DNA from: a virus
IMG/VR virus record: IMGVR_UViG_3300013132_000040
Span: 1-64,000 of that record
Length of the DNA: 64,000 nucleotides
Reading direction: 5' to 3' (one strand)
The notes under the pieces are model-generated. The model was not told the DNA's origin. It did no database searches and saw nothing but the letters and a program-made list of their open reading frames with translations. Below are positions 10,643 to 19,542 of the stretch, piece by piece. The stretch's first letter is position 1; every line of letters begins with the position of its first letter. The translations under genes and the position numbers were made by a program.

Positions 10643-11022
10643 CTATGCAACTATCAAACAATCCAAAGTTTAATTCGTATATAGAATCAAAAATACAGAC
10701 CTCTGATGAAACCCGTAATATTGATAGGTTTGGTGTGATACTTTCTTATAACCCAATAACTAATACGGCTACTGTTTTAATGTCATCTCCGAATACAGAA
10801 ACAGCGGGTGACATACTGGAGAATGTGCCATGCCCTGTTTTTATGGGTATTCAGATGGCTGCCCCAGAACCTGGTCGCCCATGTTGGGTTTGCTTTAAGG
10901 GCAACAGGGGAGAAAAATATCCTATGATAAGCCATTATTTCAATCACAACTACGAAAAATATGATTACCAAAGGCATACGGTAGCTTCAAGTGGCATTCC
11001 GTACTATATGTTGAGTATGTAA
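10639..11022 (+). CDS. Baseplate spike OB-fold-like protein (gp5/gpV N-terminal-like)
   Basis: GVILSYNPITNTATV..LENVP..PEPGRPCWVCF..YPMI pattern and position between hub and gp25. Confidence 0.55.
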   Translation: MTMQLSNNPKFNSYIESKIQTSDETRNIDRFGVILSYNPITNTATVLMSSPNTETAGDILENVPCPVFMGIQMAAPEPGRPCWVCFKGNRGEKYPMISHYFNHNYEKYDYQRHTVASSGIPYYMLSM

Positions 11023-11023
11023 A

Positions 11024-11374
11024 ATGGAATTCCAAAGACCAACAGAACTTCTTCTTCAAAAAAATCGTTTTACGAGTACAGAAGTCGGTTTAACTCATCA
11101 AACTACCCCTTCTTATATCAGACTTTGTGATAATGGGGACATAGAAATTATGGCATCTGAAGGTGTCGGTATAGTGTTGCATGCGGCGAATAGGAGCGTT
11201 ACTATCATAGCTGATAGCATAAAGTTTATGACGAAGGACGATGGTTTAAAGTGGAATGATAAGCACTTTAATTCTAATTCTTCAGAATGGACTGAACCCG
11301 CCCTCCTTAAAAAGGAAGTGGGCGAAATGTTAGGCGTTTTTGATGGTGTCGACGATTATATTGGTGAACTCTAA
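11024..11374 (+). CDS. Small baseplate protein, spike beta-strand repeat-like
   Basis: SYIRLCDNGDIEI..GVGIVL..RSVTIIADSIKF, short beta strands like a gpV C-terminus; context. Confidence 0.45.
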   Translation: MEFQRPTELLLQKNRFTSTEVGLTHQTTPSYIRLCDNGDIEIMASEGVGIVLHAANRSVTIIADSIKFMTKDDGLKWNDKHFNSNSSEWTEPALLKKEVGEMLGVFDGVDDYIGEL

Positions 11375-11754
11375 TGGATTTATACTTTTCGGAATCTGGA
11401 GACCTAAAGCTGACACCGACAAAAGATATTGCTTTAACCGATTCCGATTGGCGAGATAACGCACAGAAAGCTTATATCATACTGCAAACTACACCTGGTG
11501 ATTTCACTCTGTACCCCAGGCTCGGTGCAGAACTTTCTAGACTTTATGGTTTACCACAATCTAAGGAAACTGGTGATCTTGGTATCAAAATTATAGAAGA
11601 GGCATTAACCAGGTCTAATACTTTTAATTCCTCAAGTTTAAGTATAAAAGCAATTCCAACTGGCCCTCAAACTATACGTTTTGATATATATGTGGTTAGT
11701 GGCGTTAAGAAAAATATGATGATTTCTATACAGCAAGATTTGGGGCTGATATAA
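11374..11754 (+). CDS. gp25/gpW-like baseplate wedge (sheath initiator)
   Basis: DL..SGDL..DIAL..LQTTPGDFTLYPRLGAELSRLYG; 126 aa, directly upstream of baseplate J. Confidence 0.75.
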   Translation: MDLYFSESGDLKLTPTKDIALTDSDWRDNAQKAYIILQTTPGDFTLYPRLGAELSRLYGLPQSKETGDLGIKIIEEALTRSNTFNSSSLSIKAIPTGPQTIRFDIYVVSGVKKNMMISIQQDLGLI

Positions 11755-11755
11755 A

Positions 11756-12898
11756 ATGACTGTTTACTTTAAAAAAACTCATGACCAAATAATGAGAGAG
11801 GCACTTGCTAAGATAGAGCGCAATACTCCCATAAACGCAACTAACCCTGGGTCCGTAGCTAGAGCAATGACAGAGGCGATAACAACTGAACTCGGCGCTT
11901 ATTACGATGTTTTAGATTTTAACATAACTCAATCATTAGTTTCAAGTGCAACTGGTTCAGCCCTCGATCGTTTGGCTTCCCTATATAACATTAGTAGGAA
12001 AACGGTAGGTAGAGTTGCTAGGGCTGAGCAGAGGGTCGGAAGTTTTTATTTTTACCTTGATTCAACCTACGAATCGCCAGTCGTGATCCCCGCCGGTACG
12101 CGCGTTTTCACGGATAACGTCGGCTATGTTGGTAGGCAGCTTGTTTTTACCACTAATAACGAAGTTATAATACCTCCAGGTTCTTTAAGGGGCTATGTTT
12201 CAATAACTCCTGAATTTGCGGATGGAGTCTTTAGCGCACCTGTCGATACGTTAACTGCGCATAATTTCCTGGCTCCGAGTAATGTTGTCGTACGCTGCAC
12301 AAACGCTAAGGAAATTACAGCTTCCGAAGGGTATGAAAGAGATTCGGATTTTAGGGTAAGGGTTTTAAAGGGTATAAGGGTTGCCTCTTCGGGTACAATG
12401 GAAGCGGTACGTTTTGCCGCGCTTAATGTAAGTGGCGTTCGTGACGTAAGAGTTAGGCAAGCACCTTATGGGTTGGGTTCTTTTGAGCTTTTAATAGTGC
12501 CTGAACAGGCAGATTTGATTTCTTCTATCATAGTAGAAGTAAAGACTGCTGTAGATAGGGTTAGGCCACTTGGTGTAACAATGTTTATGAGAACGCCAGT
12601 TTTGCGACCCTTGCAGCTTCAGGTGTCTGTCTTGAGCAATTCTACCTCATCTCCGGAGTATGGAAATCTGACGGATCGTGTATCAACTGCGGTTGAGCGC
12701 TATTTGAACACGCTAATGCCTGGTGATACTATAGTCTACAATAAGTTAATACAGGCAATGATGGATTCGTCTGGTATAATTAAAGATATTCAAGTTTTAC
12801 GTTATGCGCCTAATGGCGTAGATTCAATTAAAAGAAATTATACCCCTAAGGATTATGAGCAAATAATTCCGGGTAATATTCAAGTTTCGTTAGCCTAA
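11756..12898 (+). CDS. Baseplate J-like protein
   Basis: PGSVARAM..ATGSALDRLA..R..VIPAGTRV..G..RDSDFRVR..GTMEAVRFAALNVSGV..VRPLGV. Confidence 0.9.
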   Translation: MTVYFKKTHDQIMREALAKIERNTPINATNPGSVARAMTEAITTELGAYYDVLDFNITQSLVSSATGSALDRLASLYNISRKTVGRVARAEQRVGSFYFYLDSTYESPVVIPAGTRVFTDNVGYVGRQLVFTTNNEVIIPPGSLRGYVSITPEFADGVFSAPVDTLTAHNFLAPSNVVVRCTNAKEITASEGYERDSDFRVRVLKGIRVASSGTMEAVRFAALNVSGVRDVRVRQAPYGLGSFELLIVPEQADLISSIIVEVKTAVDRVRPLGVTMFMRTPVLRPLQLQVSVLSNSTSSPEYGNLTDRVSTAVERYLNTLMPGDTIVYNKLIQAMMDSSGIIKDIQVLRYAPNGVDSIKRNYTPKDYEQIIPGNIQVSLA

Positions 12899-12912
12899 GG
12901 AAGGTTAAATAA

Positions 12913-14094
12913 GTGAGAGTTTGTGCAGGCCCGGATTGTGCGGAAGAGTTCGATCCTATAGTCCATAATCAGAAGTATTGTGGTCCGGTTTGTAAGAGAG
13001 CCGCAGAAAATGCGGCCAAAAGGAAAGCGTTTACAGAAGACGTTGCTCAAGCAGTGGTAAAAAGTGTAGCCCCTGCGTATATGGGAATAGAGAATGAAGA
13101 AGGGCGAATAGACTTTTTGCAAAAAGAAGTTATTAGACTTTCTCGTTTGGCTGATAAGCGCAAATCTGTAAAAGATGAGATTGTTGATGTCACCTATCAG
13201 GCAGCATTTGACGCTTTTGCTGATTTCGAACTGCCACCAGTTAAAAAGCCTGTTTTTGGCAAGTCGGGCGTTGGTGAAGAAGAAGTTGCCGTAGCTGTAT
13301 GCGCAGATTGGCAGCTGGGTAAAGTGACTCCAACCTATAATTCTGACATATGCAGAGATAGAATAGATATTTTTGGTGACAAAATTATCCGTATAACCGA
13401 AATGCAAAGGGCCGATCACCCCGTTAAAAAAATACATCTCTGGCTTTTAGGTGATATTGTAGAAGGTGAAGAAATATTTGCGGGCCAAAGCCACTTGCTA
13501 GATTCTAGTCTCTATAAACAAGTAGGGGTAAATGGCCCAGAAATAATATCTGAACTAATACTTAAACTACTGACAAGTTTTGAGAACGTACATGTAGTTG
13601 GTGTTATAGGTAACCATGGCGCAATTGGTGGGCGTAGCAGGAGGGACTATAATGGCGAAACCAACATGGATAGACTACTTTATAAAATTGTAGAGTATAT
13701 TTTCAAAGATGAACCAAGAGTCACTTTTGATATACCAGATGGTGATGGCGAAAGAAACTTTTATGCTGTCGATAACATAGGTCTTTATTCTACCTTGCTA
13801 ATACACGGAGACCAGTTTCCGCCTCCTTCCACTACGCATGCATATTATAAGAAAGTGATGGGCTGGAAAGATGGTGCAATACCAGAGACTTTTCAGGATG
13901 TATACATGGGGCATTATCATCAGAATGCAAAAATGACTTTAGGTCAAACTATTCTTAGGGTTTCTGGCTCTCCAGAGAGTTACAATACATATGCGCAGGA
14001 AGTTTTGGCGGCAATGGGAAGGCCATCTCAGCCACTATTATTCGTCCACCCAGTCAACGGTGTCACTGGAGAGTATACTGTTTGGCTAGATTAA
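12913..14094 (+). CDS. Calcineurin-like metallophosphoesterase with an N-terminal Cys finger
   Basis: Motifs DWQLG, GDIVEG, GNHG, HGD, GHYH; N-terminal CAGPDC..YCGPVC; GTG start after AAGG. Confidence 0.85.
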   Translation: MRVCAGPDCAEEFDPIVHNQKYCGPVCKRAAENAAKRKAFTEDVAQAVVKSVAPAYMGIENEEGRIDFLQKEVIRLSRLADKRKSVKDEIVDVTYQAAFDAFADFELPPVKKPVFGKSGVGEEEVAVAVCADWQLGKVTPTYNSDICRDRIDIFGDKIIRITEMQRADHPVKKIHLWLLGDIVEGEEIFAGQSHLLDSSLYKQVGVNGPEIISELILKLLTSFENVHVVGVIGNHGAIGGRSRRDYNGETNMDRLLYKIVEYIFKDEPRVTFDIPDGDGERNFYAVDNIGLYSTLLIHGDQFPPPSTTHAYYKKVMGWKDGAIPETFQDVYMGHYHQNAKMTLGQTILRVSGSPESYNTYAQEVLAAMGRPSQPLLFVHPVNGVTGEYTVWLD

Positions 14095-14106
14095 TTTAAG
14101 GCCTAA

Positions 14107-17100
14107 ATGAAGACTTATTATTTAAGGTTAAAGGATGTAGATTTTTCGTTTACCGGTGGACGCTGGGTTAGTGGCGTTATCGACTTGTACGATAACGAAA
14201 GCACAATGTCTATGGCTACGCCTTCTTACGTGAACTACAGTACCGTCACTAGTTCGTATGGAACCAACCTTTTGGGCGATGATACATGGACTGGTTTCAA
14301 TATAGTAGACGACTCTGCAAGCCCTAATATAGTAACTGAATCTGGATACATTAAAGATGGCCGGTTTGTTGATACAAGCGGGAAAATTAATGTTACTACT
14401 TGGGAAGTTGTTTATAACAATTTTTCCTTTAGTGAAGTAAGTGCTTCAATTTCTTTTTATTATACGGATCTTTCGACCTTAAACTTTCCCGAAGAGTGGC
14501 CAAAAGTCGGCCCGTTAAAAAATAATAAAGGCATATATATACCCAACTGCCCAAGGTATGCTCGTTTTATAGTTGATTTTGAGTCAGAAAAAGATTTAAC
14601 TGGTATTAGTTTTGATCTTTATGTTAAGGTAAGAATTGAAAAACCGGTAATATCCCCGCTGTATGGTAGGACAAGAGGGATTCTTAGGAAGTTTCCCGAA
14701 TGGATGGAGTTAAGGAAGGATAGCGAAGATTCTTCTACACCAAGCCTAGCCACTCCAACCACTGTTGCGGGTTCTTTTATTAATGCGATAGCGGGGGAAT
14801 GGCTTGAAGACCTCGTAGAGACTGTTGGTTATGTACAGCTTCAGTCATTTATAGAAACTGCCGATACTGGACAGGTTGCTTGGGTATACGTCGCTGATGG
14901 CGTACCAACGCTATTCGCAAGGGCTATCGGGGATGGCACGATATTGTCGCGTGCCGCTGATGTCGTTGAATTTACTAAAGCGGCAGATGATAGCGATATA
15001 TTTTACTGGGATGAAGATAAGAGAATTATCTACACCAGAAAACTTTATCAATATTTCCAAATTGACGATACCAAATACGAGCAAAACGCAAGTCAAGTTT
15101 GGAACTGGTTTGACGAACACGGCTTATCTCTTGACCTTGAGCGCCACACGTCGGAAAGCAATGATTCATATAAAAAGAGAATTATTGATGTCTACAGGAA
15201 TAAGCCGGGCGTTGGGATTGAGGCATTTAAACTAGCTTTGAGGCGTGAGCTCAATTTATGGCTCTATGAAGGTGCAACACCTGATTCAAATTACCTCGGT
15301 GCCACTCCTGAGGTCCTAGAAGTTAAAGACCTTTTTAATGACGAATCTTTTGTCTTTCCAAACGGAATGCCAAAAGATAAGTTTATTAAACTTGTTGATG
15401 ATCTAGCAGTTAAGTACCCAACAACTTGGGGTTACTTTAGGTGGGACCAAGCCTACTGGGATATAGATGGCGATGATTCCTTGGGATATGGGCTTTTGCC
15501 CTATCAATATGATCCGGGTCATTTATCTAACGAGAGTACTCAGTCTGGTGTTGGCGATGACCTGGACCTCTACTTGTACAAGCCCAAAGTTAATACTGGT
15601 GTAAAAGAGTTTGATTTGTCAGTGGTTGCCAAGGGTTACACATTGACCTATGTTAATGATTATGCTCCAATTAACTTTTTGATCGATGTTTATGGACGTG
15701 CAGAAAAAAGCGTATATTCTACAGATAAAACAGAATTTCCTATGAATTTTGTTGCAACCATGTCTGACGGGAAACAATATAGGGCAAATTTAGATGTAAA
15801 TATTGATAAAGCAATATCGAACGAAGATCCTGGTTTTCTTGGGGCTTCTGCAACGGTTCCATTGGTTGAAATCGATAAGCTTTTCCCCCAAATAAATTGG
15901 TACGATGATGAACTCCAGAGATATTCCAATTCTTATGCGTCTAGCATGCAAACGAAGTTGGCCGATATAACAGGCACTTACGTATTTCAAATGCCTAGGA
16001 ACTCTATTTTCAATTCAAGCAATCCCAAACTTCAGATCGGACAATCAATATCTCTTTATTCGGGTTCTTCCTATATATTTGGGACAATAAAAAATATATC
16101 ACAGTCTTCCAGTTTTTATCCCGACGAAATAGACCTTTTTGATTACCTTACGGTTGAGGATATAACGTACAGTGGAGATATAACTTCCTCAAACTGGACT
16201 ATACCCTGGTATATTTATCTCCTTAACACAGATGCCACTCCAACTTTTATGTTGTCCAATATGAAAGTTGGTTTTGGCAAGTATGAATTAATACCTAATA
16301 CAATAGTGCAAAGTCACAACTCGGTAAAAATGTTCTTTGAAAACCCAAATTCATATTACGTTGTATTTGGCCTTTCTGCTGGATCGTTAAATACTGCAAC
16401 TCCATCTGTGACTAAGGACATGGACATAGTCTTGCATCGTCTGAGTGCACAAATAATGGGTACTGTATATCATGTAGATTCTGATCCGGACGATTCAACT
16501 TATTCCGGCATAAGTAGTTCACAATCAATTAATTTAACAACTCTCACGGTTGGCGCAAGTTTGACTTTCGCTATTTCTAGTCATGTTAAGTTTGCGGTTG
16601 GCAACAAAATTAAGGTTACTCACTCATCCAACTCTAGCAATTATTTTACTGCTACTATAACCCAGAAACTATCTGGTCCAAGTAGGTTAACCGTAACCGT
16701 GTTAAGCAAATCTGGTTCGGGTACCAGTATTGATTCTTGGTCAATTACTCCAATTTGGGATGAGGTAATAAGCGAGGCTAAAAGTATTGCCGCATTGTCG
16801 TCTTATGATGAGTATATTATTGTTCATTTGTCTTCTGTTTCGGGAGATTGGATGGAAACTGATGGTTGGGAAATTTGGAGTAATGGGTATTTTGGTTTTG
16901 ACAATTATCCTAGTGAAAATCTGACAGCATACTTAAGTGACGATTTATATAAAGCTACACCATCTCATTATCTAGAGGCACAAAGTGCTACTCCGGGTAC
17001 GTATTTAAATAGTGATCTTAAATCTTTCCCTTCTGTAGTGGTTGGTTTGGAAGATTATTCAATTATAGAAAATTACCCCTGGGAATCTGAAGCTCAGTCC

Positions 17101-19542
17101 TATTACGTAACAGTTAATTCTGGATCAAGTCCATCTAGTCAAGCTAGTTGGGAAACAATCGTGCCAGAGGTTTTGTGGGATCCCTATGTTTCTGCCACTC
17201 CAACAAAAGAAATTTTTGTGGAATTACTGACAGCCAACGAAGATGGAGATTTTGGCGCATATAGTCGAGATGTTCTTGGGAATAATATTTTTATTCCAAA
17301 GGAAAATATATACGTTAATGGCAGTAATTCTTGGATTAACAAAAATACATATGATGCTACACCAAACCTAACTGAGCAACGCTACGTTATTGTATTAGAC
17401 CCCTCTACGGAGACTATAGAGGTTACCGTAAGTGACGATGGTTTAGTAAATTATCCTGCGCAAAGGCTTGAGTATGTTGGTTTCGAAAAAACAATTTCTT
17501 CTATTGAATCTGGTTTTGTAGATGAAAACGGTCCCTGGAGGAACGGCGTTAAACCACGTCCTGGTCAAAATAATTATGGCTTTACAGTTTTGGAATTAGA
17601 TAGAGATGATTTCGCCATCCCAAATAATTCTGATAGCATTGTCACTTGGATAGGTGTTAAGTCAAGTAATGATAGGGTTATAGTCTGGCTTGACCAAAAC
17701 ACCGTTAAACCAGCAGTTGAAGATGATTTAGTTTATACTCAAGAATATCAACCTAATAGTATTATTGAGACAAAAGACTTGTCCAATTTGTATTCTTATG
17801 GTCCGATCATCGTTAGGGCTAAATTGAAGCAGGATGTTAATAGTGGATGGAACCCTCAAATTCATAGCGGGTGGTTCTATAACAGGAATGATGAATATTA
17901 CCTATATGTAGACCCAGTGACGGAAATTGCTTCGCCGGGTTCCGAGGGCGCCACTCTTAATAATTTTTATGCACAAAGGGTAGTCCGACAGGGTGCGCCC
18001 ACCATAGTCAAAGCATTATCTGCAACACCATTAGAAATGAGGCGTGTATCATTTTTTGATGATAGTATAAATTTGTCCTTGAAGAATACTCAATATGTTT
18101 CCGGTACCGGAACAAGCAATCTTTATCTCGCCTATGACGACGTTTATGACGCTACTGTTTCAGACTTTACTTCTGGTGCAACGATTTTGACGAACGGTAA
18201 GACAAGTACAAGCGAACTAAACATTGGGTTAACCACTGCTGTTGATCATGTCTATAAAGTCGAATATAAATTGAAAAATTCTTACTATGTAGATAACGAG
18301 TATGTGGATCACAGTGGTGAGCAAAGGTCTAAATTTGTCTTTGATGGAACACCATCTTCCGCTACACCATTTAGTTTGACGTATGAAAATTCTATTTTTG
18401 ACCCAGCTACACCAGTTGATATTGCCCTAAATCCGTTCGATACAACCATCGAAGAAGGTTTTGTATTCTTGAGTCTTAATGAATACGATGCAGCAACGCC
18501 ACAGATAAGGGTTAGTCCTGGAATCCTAATCGCCAATGGTGAAGATTACGCAATAGTTTCTATTTATTCTGTGGATACTTACGGAAATCCAAAACCTAAT
18601 CAAACTTATACTATTGAAACCGGTTTTGGAATATTTGAAGAGACCAATAGCAGCACTGCGACTATATTGACTAATCAGGATGGTTTTGCGTTTTTGACGC
18701 TTGTTTCGGAATCGGGTTCCTTAGTTGAATCGGCAACCGTAAATGTGTACGCCTCACCAACTGTAGGCGGTAATGCTATAGCCCAAATGCCATTTGGCAT
18801 TAATGCCCGAAAAGTTGAGGAACATAAACTTTATTCAACTGTTGATCCAGATGCAATACCCGCAGATGGTGTTAGTGCAACTTCTGTGTACGGAAAAGTA
18901 TTGGACCCCTCTGGAAATATCGTTCCTTATGCGTACGTTTCATACAGGAAGGGTAGATCATTAAGTGAAATATTCTCCAATACAGACGCCACACCAGATG
19001 TGGGTCCAGGTGCGACACCTGCAGCAACGCCAGTATGGCCAAATGTTGGTAGGGTAATTTCTGATGCTAGCGGCATATTCCGCATAGGACCATTTACGGC
19101 GTCTACGCCAGGAGAAGACGGTTATTGGTTTGTTATGACTGAGTCTTTTTCTTCTAGTCCATCTTCCCAATGGGGCACAGTTGGTGATGTTGTTTTTTGG
19201 CAAGAGTACCCACCAAGGTTTAACGCTGTTAACGGCGATAATCAGTCTATACCTGTGCCTTCTAATTTGGATGTTTCGCAAACTCTTTGGGTGGATGACG
19301 TTGGTGCCTTAAGGTTTGAACCCCTTATTCCTCCAGCCGCAACTGTAAATGCTTTTCCTGTAACTTTTGATGAAGAAACACCTACTGCTGATGCAACTCC
19401 TGTTACTAATATATGGAGTCCGCCATTGTGGTATGCGGTTAATCGTTATGATCAGTATCAGCGTGGAATATTAGGTGACGATTTTTATGTATTTAAAATT
19501 GAAAACTTGCCTAAAACCCATCCAGACTATAGGGATGTATAA
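14107..19542 (+). CDS. Large baseplate wedge/fibre protein with Big-1-type Ig-like domains and 18 Ala-Thr-Pro motifs
   Basis: Wedge-like WFDEHGLSLDLER..ESNDSYKKRI; Ig-like LIANGEDYA..DTYGNP..TNQDGFA and IPADGVSAT..DPSGN; beta-rich; structural context. Confidence 0.65.
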   Translation: MKTYYLRLKDVDFSFTGGRWVSGVIDLYDNESTMSMATPSYVNYSTVTSSYGTNLLGDDTWTGFNIVDDSASPNIVTESGYIKDGRFVDTSGKINVTTWEVVYNNFSFSEVSASISFYYTDLSTLNFPEEWPKVGPLKNNKGIYIPNCPRYARFIVDFESEKDLTGISFDLYVKVRIEKPVISPLYGRTRGILRKFPEWMELRKDSEDSSTPSLATPTTVAGSFINAIAGEWLEDLVETVGYVQLQSFIETADTGQVAWVYVADGVPTLFARAIGDGTILSRAADVVEFTKAADDSDIFYWDEDKRIIYTRKLYQYFQIDDTKYEQNASQVWNWFDEHGLSLDLERHTSESNDSYKKRIIDVYRNKPGVGIEAFKLALRRELNLWLYEGATPDSNYLGATPEVLEVKDLFNDESFVFPNGMPKDKFIKLVDDLAVKYPTTWGYFRWDQAYWDIDGDDSLGYGLLPYQYDPGHLSNESTQSGVGDDLDLYLYKPKVNTGVKEFDLSVVAKGYTLTYVNDYAPINFLIDVYGRAEKSVYSTDKTEFPMNFVATMSDGKQYRANLDVNIDKAISNEDPGFLGASATVPLVEIDKLFPQINWYDDELQRYSNSYASSMQTKLADITGTYVFQMPRNSIFNSSNPKLQIGQSISLYSGSSYIFGTIKNISQSSSFYPDEIDLFDYLTVEDITYSGDITSSNWTIPWYIYLLNTDATPTFMLSNMKVGFGKYELIPNTIVQSHNSVKMFFENPNSYYVVFGLSAGSLNTATPSVTKDMDIVLHRLSAQIMGTVYHVDSDPDDSTYSGISSSQSINLTTLTVGASLTFAISSHVKFAVGNKIKVTHSSNSSNYFTATITQKLSGPSRLTVTVLSKSGSGTSIDSWSITPIWDEVISEAKSIAALSSYDEYIIVHLSSVSGDWMETDGWEIWSNGYFGFDNYPSENLTAYLSDDLYKATPSHYLEAQSATPGTYLNSDLKSFPSVVVGLEDYSIIENYPWESEAQSYYVTVNSGSSPSSQASWETIVPEVLWDPYVSATPTKEIFVELLTANEDGDFGAYSRDVLGNNIFIPKENIYVNGSNSWINKNTYDATPNLTEQRYVIVLDPSTETIEVTVSDDGLVNYPAQRLEYVGFEKTISSIESGFVDENGPWRNGVKPRPGQNNYGFTVLELDRDDFAIPNNSDSIVTWIGVKSSNDRVIVWLDQNTVKPAVEDDLVYTQEYQPNSIIETKDLSNLYSYGPIIVRAKLKQDVNSGWNPQIHSGWFYNRNDEYYLYVDPVTEIASPGSEGATLNNFYAQRVVRQGAPTIVKALSATPLEMRRVSFFDDSINLSLKNTQYVSGTGTSNLYLAYDDVYDATVSDFTSGATILTNGKTSTSELNIGLTTAVDHVYKVEYKLKNSYYVDNEYVDHSGEQRSKFVFDGTPSSATPFSLTYENSIFDPATPVDIALNPFDTTIEEGFVFLSLNEYDAATPQIRVSPGILIANGEDYAIVSIYSVDTYGNPKPNQTYTIETGFGIFEETNSSTATILTNQDGFAFLTLVSESGSLVESATVNVYASPTVGGNAIAQMPFGINARKVEEHKLYSTVDPDAIPADGVSATSVYGKVLDPSGNIVPYAYVSYRKGRSLSEIFSNTDATPDVGPGATPAATPVWPNVGRVISDASGIFRIGPFTASTPGEDGYWFVMTESFSSSPSSQWGTVGDVVFWQEYPPRFNAVNGDNQSIPVPSNLDVSQTLWVDDVGALRFEPLIPPAATVNAFPVTFDEETPTADATPVTNIWSPPLWYAVNRYDQYQRGILGDDFYVFKIENLPKTHPDYRDV

